From an uncultured Chloroflexia bacterium (GTDB lineage: Bacteria > Chloroflexota > Limnocylindria > Limnocylindrales > CSP1-4), in NCBI GenBank assembly GCA_963833285.1, contig CAWHXM010000002.1:93446-157445 (forward strand): a stretch of DNA of 64,000 nt. The letters are read 5' to 3'. Shown here piece by piece: positions 9,225 to 17,585 of the stretch. The position numbers were made by a program, and so were the translations under genes. Below the pieces are notes generated by a model. That model searched no databases and was not told where the DNA came from. It saw only the letters and a program-made list of their open reading frames with translations. Positions within the stretch are counted from its first letter, which is position 1. Each line of letters starts with the position of its first letter.

Positions 9225-11258
9225 TCAGGGTTCGACCAGCGCGAGCAGTTGCCCGCGCCCGACCTGGTCCCCGGCGTGGACGCTGACCTCGACGATGCGC
9301 CCCGCGATCGGGCTGATCACCACGTGCTCCATCTTCATCGCCTCGAGGGTCACGACGGGGTCGCCGGCGGTCACGGCCTGCCCGACCGTGCCATGGACCC
9401 GCAGCACCGCTCCGGGCATCGGCGCGATGAGATCGGCCGGACCGGTCGCCCCCACCAGACGGTGCGCCACGGCCGCGCGGGCAGCCGTGTCGACGTCGGG
9501 CGCCGTGGCCAGTCGGAACGCGGTGCTGCGGCCGGCGAGATCGAGGTGGACCGTGTCCCCGGCGACGACGGCCTCGATCGCCTTCGTTTCGCCCAGCGTC
9601 GTCGGCGCCCGGTCGACCGCCACCGCTCGCATCAGCCCCTCGGCCTCGAGGGTCACGGTCGGCGAGGCATTGAGACGCCAGCCACCCGCCCATGGATCGG
9701 CCGGCTCGCCGTCCGGCACGAGGCGGATGGCGGCCGTTCGCCAGGCATCGTCGGGGATCCTCGCGCGGGCGTCCCAGTCGTCGGGCGGCCAGATCCGATC
9801 GAGCGTGTCGGTGCGCGCCTCGCCAGCGAGGACGACCGGCTGGCGGACGAGCCAGCGCAGGAAGCGGAGGTTCGTCACGACGCCCAGGACGACGGTCGCG
9901 TCGAGCGCCCGGGCCAGCCGCTCGAAGGCCGTCGGGCGGTCCTCGCCCCTCGCGACGATCTTGGCCAACATCGGGTCGAACCGGCCGCCGATGTCGGATC
10001 CAGACTCGATCCCGGCATCGACCCGGATGCCCTCGCCGGACGGCCAGCGAAGACGTTCGACCCGCCCGGTCGCCGGCAGGAAGCCATCCTCGGCGTCCTC
10101 GGCGTACAGCCTGACCTCGACCGCGTGGCCGCCCGGGGCGTCCGCCACCGTGGCCATCGCCAGCCGCTCACCGGCGGCGATCGCGAGCTGGTCGGCGACG
10201 AGGTCGCGTCCGGTCACGAGCTCGGTCACCGGATGCTCGACCTGGAGCCGGGTATTCATCTCGAGGAAGGCGGGGGTCCCGCGGTCGTCGACCAGGAACT
10301 CGCACGTCCCCGCGTTCACGTACCCGACCGCACGGGCCAGGTTCAGCGCCGCGGCGCCGAGGCGCGCTCGGAGCTCGGGATCGACGGCCGGCGACGGGGA
10401 TTCCTCGAGGACCTTCTGGTGGCGCCGCTGGATGGAGCAGTCGCGTTCGCCCAGGTGGACGCCGTTGCCGTGGGCATCGAACAGGACCTGGATCTCGACG
10501 TGCCGGCCGCCCTCGACGAGGCGTTCGAGGATCAGCCGATCGTCACCGAATGCGGCGACCGCCTCGCGTCGCGCGGCCCCGAGCGCGTCCACCAGCCGGT
10601 CTGCCTCGCGCACGACGCGCATCCCCTTACCGCCACCGCCGGCCGCCGGCTTGACGATGAGCGGATAGCGGATCCGGTCCGCGGCGGCCGCGAGCGCCTC
10701 GTCCGACTGGCCGGCGCCGTCGTAGCCGGGGAGCACCGGGATCCCGAGCGAACTGGCCAGGCGACGTGCGGCGGCCTTGTCGCCCATCGCCCGGATGGCC
10801 GACGCCGGCGGCCCGACCCAGCGGATCCCGGACGCTTCGGCCAGCGCGGCGAACTGGGCGTTCTCGGCGAGGAACCCAAACCCCGGATGGAGCGCATCGG
10901 CGCCGGCGGCGCGGGCCGCGCCGACCACGGCTCCGGCATCGAGCAGGTCGAGTGCCTCGGGTCCGTCCGTGACCGGCGTGACCGCCCGGATGCCGAGCCG
11001 GTCACACGTCCTGGTGATGCGCCGGGCGATCTCCCCGCGGTTCGCGATGAAGACGGTCCGGATCGGCGCGACCGCGTCCGGCGCCCCCTCTCGGTCGGTC
11101 CATGGAACCACGAACGCGTCAATCGCGTCAGATGCGACACGCCACCGACCACCAACGCGCCGAGCCGGCAGCCGACCGTCCGCGATCCAGCGCTGGACGG
11201 ACCGCGTGGAGATCCCGAGGCGCCTGGCGACCTCACTCGGACGCAGCTCTTCGGTCAT
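9225..11258 (-). CDS. Acyl-CoA (probably 3-methylcrotonyl-CoA) carboxylase alpha subunit: N-terminal HTH + biotin carboxylase + BCCP
   Basis: 677 aa. IANRGEIA opens the ATP-grasp biotin carboxylase domain, and the C-terminal EAMKMEH is the biotinyl-lysine motif. The first ~50 aa (SEVARRLGISTRSVQRWIADGRLPARRVGGRWRV) look like an excisionase/MerR-type HTH. Confidence 0.88.
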   Translation of the reverse strand: MTEELRPSEVARRLGISTRSVQRWIADGRLPARRVGGRWRVASDAIDAFVVPWTDREGAPDAVAPIRTVFIANRGEIARRITRTCDRLGIRAVTPVTDGPEALDLLDAGAVVGAARAAGADALHPGFGFLAENAQFAALAEASGIRWVGPPASAIRAMGDKAAARRLASSLGIPVLPGYDGAGQSDEALAAAADRIRYPLIVKPAAGGGGKGMRVVREADRLVDALGAARREAVAAFGDDRLILERLVEGGRHVEIQVLFDAHGNGVHLGERDCSIQRRHQKVLEESPSPAVDPELRARLGAAALNLARAVGYVNAGTCEFLVDDRGTPAFLEMNTRLQVEHPVTELVTGRDLVADQLAIAAGERLAMATVADAPGGHAVEVRLYAEDAEDGFLPATGRVERLRWPSGEGIRVDAGIESGSDIGGRFDPMLAKIVARGEDRPTAFERLARALDATVVLGVVTNLRFLRWLVRQPVVLAGEARTDTLDRIWPPDDWDARARIPDDAWRTAAIRLVPDGEPADPWAGGWRLNASPTVTLEAEGLMRAVAVDRAPTTLGETKAIEAVVAGDTVHLDLAGRSTAFRLATAPDVDTAARAAVAHRLVGATGPADLIAPMPGAVLRVHGTVGQAVTAGDPVVTLEAMKMEHVVISPIAGRIVEVSVHAGDQVGRGQLLALVEP

Positions 11259-11356
11259 CGTGTCGCGAGTGTCGCATCAGACGCGCGGGACGGCAACCGG
11301 CGGGACGGCAACACGCGTTGCCGCAGGCGAACGGCTCCGACCAGCAACCGGTCGCC

Positions 11357-12112
11357 TTACCAGCCGACGATAGTGCCCATGATCGCGGTCGCGAGGGCGA
11401 CGGCGATTGGTGCCGCCATCTCCTGGACACCGATCATCGCGGCGATGTGCGGCGGTACCGGATGGGGACCGAGCTCTCGAACCGCGTGGGCGAACCCGAT
11501 TCGCCACGGCCGCCCCGCCTCGACGTCCAGCCACACCTGGGAAAAGCTCGCCGCGGTGAGCTGGTAGCGCCGTTCGTCGCCGGTCAACCCCTCGGTCGCC
11601 CGGCGGATGGCGTCAAGATCGACCAGCCCGGTCCCCCGGGCTCGAACGACCGCCAGCATCCGGGTGCGCGATGCGAGCTCAACGGCGCCTGTCGGGTGGT
11701 ACGCGTCGAGCGTCGCCGATGCGGCCGCGATGTCACCCGCCATGAACTGGACGCTTGCCCGTTCGGCGCCGCTCGCGCCCGCGTTCGCCGGGTCGAGCAG
11801 CCACTGCCGCGCGAGCGACGGCGTCGTGGGAATCCGGCCGCGCGTCCAACGCGCTCGTTGGCGGATGGCGACGTAGGCCATCGCTCGGCGAATCCGCCAC
11901 CCGTCGCGGTCGGCGACCGCGATCGCCGTGAGGATGACGACCGGGATCGCCGCCCAGGCCGGCCACGGCACGTCCCGAAGCGGGCCCGCCCACCAGCCGA
12001 CCGCGATCAGCAGCCCCGAGACGATCGCGCCCGCGAGCACATCCCTGTCACGGGGGCCGGCGTCCCGGAGGGCACGTCTGCTCGGTGACCGGATCCGTTC
12101 GAGCAGGGTCAT
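11357..12112 (-). CDS. Hypothetical membrane protein
   Basis: 251-aa track ORF. It has hydrophobic helices near the N-terminus (LAGAIVSGLLIAVGWWAG, AAIPVVILTAIAVA) and the C-terminus, and high GC3. I recognise no family. Confidence 0.6.
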   Translation of the reverse strand: MTLLERIRSPSRRALRDAGPRDRDVLAGAIVSGLLIAVGWWAGPLRDVPWPAWAAIPVVILTAIAVADRDGWRIRRAMAYVAIRQRARWTRGRIPTTPSLARQWLLDPANAGASGAERASVQFMAGDIAAASATLDAYHPTGAVELASRTRMLAVVRARGTGLVDLDAIRRATEGLTGDERRYQLTAASFSQVWLDVEAGRPWRIGFAHAVRELGPHPVPPHIAAMIGVQEMAAPIAVALATAIMGTIVGW

Positions 12113-12160
12113 CCCCGCCTCGGGCGCCTGCGCACGCTTCGATCCGGGCGTCGGGCGCCG

Positions 12161-12985
12161 TCAGGCATCGTCCGGCTCGGGCGCCCAGGCCGGCCGGCGC
12201 TTCTCGTTGAACGCGCGGAAGCCCTCCTGGGCCTCCTCGCTCGTCCGCTGGCGGGCGATGACCCGAGCCGTGTGCCACTTCGCCGAGCCATGGCCCAGGC
12301 CGCGCACCTCGCGCACGATCGCCTTGGCCGCCCTGGCCGCCGTCGGCCCGGCCGCCAGCAGGTCGGCGATGGCCGCAGCGATGGCGCGATCGAGGGCCTC
12401 CTCGCCTTCGACGATCTCGTGGACGAGCCCGATGCGAGCCGCCCGCGTGGCATCGAACCGGCGCCCGCCGGGAAACAGCGCCCGAGCATGACTCTCGCCG
12501 ATCTTCGCGACGACGAACGGGCTGATGACGGACGGCAGGATCCCGAGGCGTGTCTCGGTGAAGCCGAAGCGCGTCCCCGACTCGGCGATGACCACGTCGG
12601 CGACCGCGAGCAACCCCATCCCGCCGCCGAGCGCCGCCCCGTGCACCCGCGCGACGACCGGCACCGGACAGGTGTCGATGGTCTCGAACATGTCGGCCAT
12701 GGCCATCGCGTCCTGCTCGTTGCCCTCGGTGTCGAGGGCGATCGCGGCGCGCATCCATCCGAGATCGGCCCCCGCGCAGAACGACGGCCCGTCGCCGGCC
12801 AGGACGACGGCCCGGAGTCGCGCAGGCTCCTCGCGGGCGAGCGTCGCAAAGGCCGTCCGGAGGTCGCCGATCAGCGTCGCGTCGAACGCGTTGTGGACGT
12901 CCGGCCTGGCGAGGGTCACGCGGGCGACGACACCGCCGGGACCGGAACGCTCGATCCGAAGGGCGTCGCTCGACGTGCCGCTCAC
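12161..12985 (-). CDS. Enoyl-CoA hydratase/isomerase family (likely methylglutaconyl-CoA hydratase)
   Basis: Start set to the in-frame GTG at 12985 (VSGTSSDALRIERSG...). Crotonase signatures: RPDVHNAF, GDGPSFCAGADL, GAALGGGMGL and the C-terminal EGFRAFNEKR. The upstream part of the 375-aa track ORF is not conserved-looking. Confidence 0.85.
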   Translation of the reverse strand: MSGTSSDALRIERSGPGGVVARVTLARPDVHNAFDATLIGDLRTAFATLAREEPARLRAVVLAGDGPSFCAGADLGWMRAAIALDTEGNEQDAMAMADMFETIDTCPVPVVARVHGAALGGGMGLLAVADVVIAESGTRFGFTETRLGILPSVISPFVVAKIGESHARALFPGGRRFDATRAARIGLVHEIVEGEEALDRAIAAAIADLLAAGPTAARAAKAIVREVRGLGHGSAKWHTARVIARQRTSEEAQEGFRAFNEKRRPAWAPEPDDA

Positions 12986-13013
12986 GGCGGCATCGTACGG
13001 CAGGTTCGCGAGG

Positions 13014-13166
13014 TCACAGGAAGACCTCGCCGTCGTCGACCACGCGGAGGTCGAGACCGGTCGCCTGCGCCGAGGCCCACTCGGCCCGGACCGCCGCTCG
13101 ATCGATGGCGCCGAACCTGGCCAGCGCAGGGCTCGAGCGGTCGCGTGTGGCGTCCACGCAACGCAT
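13014..13166 (-). CDS. Possible small ORF (50 aa), hypothetical
   Basis: MRCVDATRDRSSPALARFGAIDRAAVRAEWASAQATGLDLRVVDDGEVFL. It occupies an otherwise empty 230-bp gap and has high GC3. There is no clear SD and I recognise no family. Confidence 0.25.
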   Translation of the reverse strand: MRCVDATRDRSSPALARFGAIDRAAVRAEWASAQATGLDLRVVDDGEVFL

Positions 13167-13216
13167 CCTACGGCACCGTCGCCGGCGGACCGCCAATGCT
13201 CTGCTAGGCTCGGCCG

Positions 13217-13786
13217 GTGACCGCGGATTACCTGTCGTCGCTGCCGGAAGGGCTTCCCGTCCCCCTCGATGACGGCGCCTGCGACCACCTGCCGGGTCGC
13301 CGGATGCCGCCCGTCGCGCTCCAGGCGACCGACGGATCAGCGGTCCGGCTCGACGTCGCAGCCCCGGGGCGGACGATCGTCTTCGGCTATCCGCGGACGG
13401 GCGAGCCCGACCGCGAGCCACCGGGCGGGCTTGCGGCCTGGGATGCCATCCCCGGTGCTCGAGGCTGTACCCCGCAGGCGTGCGGATACCGCGATCACCA
13501 TGCCGAGCTCATCGCCGCGGGTGCCCGCGTCTTCGGGCTCTCGACGCAGGACAGCGCATACCAGCGCGAGATGGCCGAGCGACTGCACCTTCCGTTCCCG
13601 GTCCTGAGCGACGAGCACCTGGCCCTGACGCGAGCGATCGATCTGCCGACCTTCGCGCACGCCGGGTTGACGCTGTTGAAGCGGCACACGCTCGTCATCC
13701 GCGATGCGAGGATCGAGCACGTCTTCTACCCGGTATTCCCCTCCGATCGAGACGCCACGCAGGTCCTGGCCTGGCTCCGCGGCTGA
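13217..13786 (+). CDS. Peroxiredoxin (AhpC/TSA, Bcp-like)
   Basis: 189 aa. Thioredoxin-fold pattern GARGCTPQACGYRDH (peroxidatic Cys context) followed by VFGLSTQDSAYQREMAERLHLPFPVLSD. Confidence 0.8.
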   Translation: MTADYLSSLPEGLPVPLDDGACDHLPGRRMPPVALQATDGSAVRLDVAAPGRTIVFGYPRTGEPDREPPGGLAAWDAIPGARGCTPQACGYRDHHAELIAAGARVFGLSTQDSAYQREMAERLHLPFPVLSDEHLALTRAIDLPTFAHAGLTLLKRHTLVIRDARIEHVFYPVFPSDRDATQVLAWLRG

Positions 13787-13789
13787 CCC

Positions 13790-14287
13790 ATGGGCCCGTG
13801 GGATCCGAACTGGCGCCCTGACCCGACGGGGCGACGTCTCATCGCCATCCGAGCCGCGCGGCGGGGTGCCCTGCTGGCGGCGGTCATCTTCGGCGGGCCC
13901 GTGCTTGTCGCGGCCGTGGTGGCGCCGCCGATCGCTTCGCCGATGCCGGGCGTCGACCTCGCGCTCGGCATCGTCATCTGCATCGCCAGCCTGCCGGCGC
14001 TCGCCCTGCTCGGTGCCGGGCTGACCTCGGCCGCCCTCGGATCGCGATCTTCCGCCGTCGGCGCCGGACTGGCGATCGGAGTCGGGGCCCCGGTCGCCGC
14101 CGTCACCTCGGCGATGATCTTCGCCTTCGTGTTCGTCGCGTTGGCGCCACTCGAGCTCGATGGCCTCGACGCGGCGGGACGGGTGTTGCGTGTCGGGATC
14201 ACGGCGGCCGAGCGGATCGCACCGCTCGTCGCGCTTGGATCGGTCGGCTGGGTCTTCCTGGTCCGGCGATCCGGTCCGAGGGCGTGA
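13790..14287 (+). CDS. Hypothetical membrane protein
   Basis: 165 aa. Four Ala/Gly/Val-rich hydrophobic segments. It starts 4 nt after the peroxiredoxin stop. Confidence 0.6.
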   Translation: MGPWDPNWRPDPTGRRLIAIRAARRGALLAAVIFGGPVLVAAVVAPPIASPMPGVDLALGIVICIASLPALALLGAGLTSAALGSRSSAVGAGLAIGVGAPVAAVTSAMIFAFVFVALAPLELDGLDAAGRVLRVGITAAERIAPLVALGSVGWVFLVRRSGPRA

Positions 14288-14314
14288 TCGGGTCGGCCGC
14301 GCCGTCGCGAAGCC

Positions 14315-15079
14315 TCAGCCCAGGATGCGGATCGCGTCCCCGAGGCGGATGATCCCGGGCGTCTCGACCTCGCCCCACACCCCGAACATGAGGTCCTTGC
14401 CGTCCACCTGGCCGCGGTAGTCCCTGATCGCGCGGAGCGTGTCGAGATCGCGCTCGCCGGTCCCGGGATCGTGCGTCGTGATCGCGCAGCGGGCGACCGC
14501 ACCGCTGACATACAGGACCGTCTCGCCGAGGCCGATCCGGCAGCCGATCCACGAGTCCTCCTCGTGCGCTCTGCCGCCCTCGAGCTCGATGAGCATCCGG
14601 AACCGGCGCGCATCGACGGCCCCGACCCCGAGGACCGCGCCGAGCGCATCGAGCGAGCCATCGGATACGAGGGTCGCGGGATGCTTCGATCGCGTCCCGC
14701 CGACCCGATCGCAGCGAACGATGCGGACCGTCCGACCGAGGTACCCGCCCAGGCGTTCGGCCCACGGTCCGTCGACGATGTGGCCGACTGCGGTCCGCCC
14801 ATGGACGTAGGTCTCGACGGGGTCACCGAGCTTCACCGTGTCCTCGACGACCGTGCCGTCGGGAAAGGTCATGCGCAGCACCGTCGCGTCCGGATCGGTC
14901 CAGCCCGCGACCTGCACCATCTCCGCCGCGATCAGCTGGTCGACGAGGCGTCCGCCGGCATCTGTGACGTAGAAGCGGCGGTCCTCGGCAACGCCGAGCT
15001 CGGTCAGGTCGATCTCGTCGCGCGGCTCGAGGCCGAGACTGCGCACCGGCGCGATGTTGAGGGCAGCGACCGTGGGCAT
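14315..15079 (-). CDS. MOSC domain-containing protein
   Basis: Start moved to ATG 15079 (MPTVAALNIAPVRSLGLEP...). The C-terminal MOSC pattern includes the conserved Cys (VSGAVARCAITTHDP), followed by LMFGVWGEV. Confidence 0.8.
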   Translation of the reverse strand: MPTVAALNIAPVRSLGLEPRDEIDLTELGVAEDRRFYVTDAGGRLVDQLIAAEMVQVAGWTDPDATVLRMTFPDGTVVEDTVKLGDPVETYVHGRTAVGHIVDGPWAERLGGYLGRTVRIVRCDRVGGTRSKHPATLVSDGSLDALGAVLGVGAVDARRFRMLIELEGGRAHEEDSWIGCRIGLGETVLYVSGAVARCAITTHDPGTGERDLDTLRAIRDYRGQVDGKDLMFGVWGEVETPGIIRLGDAIRILG

Positions 15080-15142
15080 CTCAGCGGCGATGCTACCGGA
15101 AGGGCCCGCATGTCGCGTTCGGCGTCGGCGCATCCTTGGCCG

Positions 15143-15913
15143 ATGTTCCTTGGCATCGACCATCTCGTCATCGCGGTCGCGGACCCGGACCTCGCGGCGG
15201 TCGAGCTCGAGGCGAGGCTCGGGCTGCCGTCCGGAGGCGGTGGTCGGCACGACCGGCTCGGCACGTTCAACCGGCTGGTCTGGCTGGGCGACACCTACCT
15301 CGAGCTCATCGGCGTCTTCGACGCGTCGCTCGCCCGAACCTCGTGGATCGGGGCGCCCACGCTCCAGGCGCTCGACGCTGGCGGCGGCCTGGCGACCTGG
15401 GCCATCGCCAGCGATGCGGTCGACCACGATGTCGCGGCCCTGCGCGCGCGCGGCTCGGCGCTCCACGAGCCGATCGCCGGCGAGCGGGTCCGCCCCGACG
15501 GGCGGGTCGTGCGCTGGCGTCTGGCCGCGGCCGAGCGCCTCGGCGGCGACCTTCCGCCGTTCCTCATCGAGCACGATCCGGCCTCGGCCGAATGGTCGCC
15601 ACCGGAACGCGCCGCCCGCGCCGAGGGGCCTGCCCGGCTGGACGTGCTCGAGCTCGCCGTCGACGCCGTCGATCGGTCGAGCCAGGCGTACCTACGGTCC
15701 CTCGGCCTCCGGTTCAGGCCCTCGCTCGCGGGTGGCGGGGCGCGCGACGCCGACATCGGCGCCCAGCGCGTCCGGCTTCGCCCGGCCCGCGGCAGGGCGG
15801 CCTTCCCGGCCACCACCGTCCACCTGCGCAGCCGTCAGGCCGTGACCGCCGAGATCGACGCCCTGGGTGTCCGCTGGATCGTGCGGCCCGACGTCGGGTC
15901 GGGCCCGCGCTGA
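15143..15913 (+). CDS. VOC/glyoxalase-like domain protein
   Basis: MFLGIDHLVIAVADPDLAAVELEARLGL..GGGGRHDRLGTFNRLVWLGDTYLELIGV is the Glyoxalase_3-type pattern. An alternative ATG lies at 15110. The upstream 220 codons of the track ORF are antisense to the MOSC gene. Confidence 0.75.
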   Translation: MFLGIDHLVIAVADPDLAAVELEARLGLPSGGGGRHDRLGTFNRLVWLGDTYLELIGVFDASLARTSWIGAPTLQALDAGGGLATWAIASDAVDHDVAALRARGSALHEPIAGERVRPDGRVVRWRLAAAERLGGDLPPFLIEHDPASAEWSPPERAARAEGPARLDVLELAVDAVDRSSQAYLRSLGLRFRPSLAGGGARDADIGAQRVRLRPARGRAAFPATTVHLRSRQAVTAEIDALGVRWIVRPDVGSGPR

Positions 15914-15925
15914 TCCCGGCCCACG

Positions 15926-17543
15926 TCACATCCGGAACACCCCGAAGCGCGTCTCGGGGATCGGCGCGTGGAGCGCGGCCTCGATCCCCATCGTCAGCAC
16001 GCGTCTCGTGTCGAGCGGGTCGATGACACCGTCGTCCCACAGGCGCGCCGTGGCGAAGTACGGCGATCCCTCGCGGTCGTAGGTCTCGAGGATCGGCGCC
16101 TCGAACGCATCACGCTCGTCGTCGGTCGCGAACCCGCCGCGCACGGTCGAAAGCACCCGGGCGGCCTGCGGCCCGCCCATGACCGAGATCCGGCTGTTCG
16201 GCCACGACCACAGGAAGCGCGGCTGGTAGGCGCGCCCGGCCATCGCGTAGTTGCCGGCCCCGAACGACCCGCCGATGAGCACCGTGAACTTGGGGACCTC
16301 GGCCGATGCGACCGCGGTGACGAGCTTCGCCCCGTCCTTGGCGATGCCGGCCTCCTCGTACTCGCGCCCGACCATGAACCCGGTGATGTTCTGGAGGAAG
16401 ACCAGCGGGATACGGCGCTGGCAGGCAAGCTCGATGAAGTGGGCGCCCTTGAGCGCCGACTGGCTGAACAGGATCCCGTCGTTGGCCAGGATCGCGACGG
16501 GATAGCCGCCCACGTGCGCAAAGCCGGTCACCAGGGTCTCACCGTAGAGCGGCTTGAACTCGTGGAACCGGCTTCCGTCGACGAGTCGCGCGATGAGCTC
16601 GCGGACCGGCACCGGGCGCCGCGCATCGAGCGAGATCGCGGCGTAGAGCGACGCCGTCGCGTCGTCTCCGGCCGGGTCGACGGCCGGCGGTTCGGGGTCC
16701 CGCCGGTCCCACGGCGGCTCCGGTGTCTTGCGATTGAGGTTCGCCACGATCGACCGGCCGAGGGCGAGGGCATGCTCGTCGTCGAGCGCCTCGTGGTCGG
16801 CGACGCCCGACCGACGGGTGTGGACCTCCGCGCCGCCGAGCTCCTCCGGCGTCACATCCTCGCCGGTGGCCGCCTTCACGAGCGGAGGCCCGCCGAGGAA
16901 GATGGTCCCGGTGCCGCGCACGATGACCGTCTCGTCGCTCATCGCCGGGACGTACGCGCCACCGGCGGTGCACGAACCCATCACCAGCGCGACCTGCGGG
17001 ATCCCGAGGGCCGACATCCGCGCCTGGTTGTAGAAGATGCGACCGAAATGGTCGCGATCGGGGAAGACCTCGGCCTGGAGCGGGAGGAAGGCGCCGCCCG
17101 AAATCGACGAGGTACAGACAGGGCAGGCGGTTCTCGAGCGCGATCTCCTGGGCGCGGAGGTGCTTCCTGACGGTCATCGGGTAGTACGTGCCGCCCTTGA
17201 CCGTCGCGTCGTTGGCGACGACGACGCAGGTCGTCCCCTCGATCCGGCCGATCCCCGTGACCATCCCCGCGCCCGGGGCGTCGTCGTCGTACAGACCGGT
17301 CGCCGCCAGCGGGCTCAGCTCGAGGAACCCCGTGCCCGGATCCAGCAGCCGCTCGATACGCTCACGGACCGGGAGCTTGCCGCGCTCCCGGTGGCGGGCG
17401 ATCGAGCGTTCGTCACCGCCGGCGCCGCGGCCCGCGACCGCCTCCTGTCGCTCGCGAAGATCCGCGACGAGCGCGGCAAGGGCGTCGTGATTGGCGCGCG
17501 TCTCCGGGGCGGTGGGATCGAGCCGGCTGCGCAGGACAGGCAT
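15926..17543 (-). pseudogene. 3-methylcrotonyl-CoA carboxylase beta (carboxyltransferase) subunit, interrupted by a 1-nt insertion (possibly an assembly artefact)
   Basis: Two overlapping track ORFs in different frames (16539..17543 and 15926..17017). The N-frame reads ...RLPCLYLVD then junk. Skipping one A of AAA 17101-17103 gives [60 protein letters not shown], the textbook carboxyltransferase core. The restored length is 538 aa. Confidence 0.9.
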
Positions 17544-17585
17544 GGGCCGATGATAGGTCGCGGCCGGTGCCGCGTCGGGTCGCGC

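Noticed and set aside
8031-11567. 1178-aa plus-strand ORF, the longest in the track
   Set aside because: It lies entirely antisense to HMG-CoA lyase, the 69-aa ORF and MCC alpha. It is Arg/Gly/Pro/Asp-rich with no recognisable motif. This is a classic high-GC shadow ORF.
17098-17105. Programmed +1 ribosomal frameshift (prfB-like) at GATTTCGG
   Set aside because: There is no in-frame stop or rare codon at the site and no upstream SD-like stimulator. The five break sites share no common recoding signal. Homopolymer insertion is the simpler explanation.
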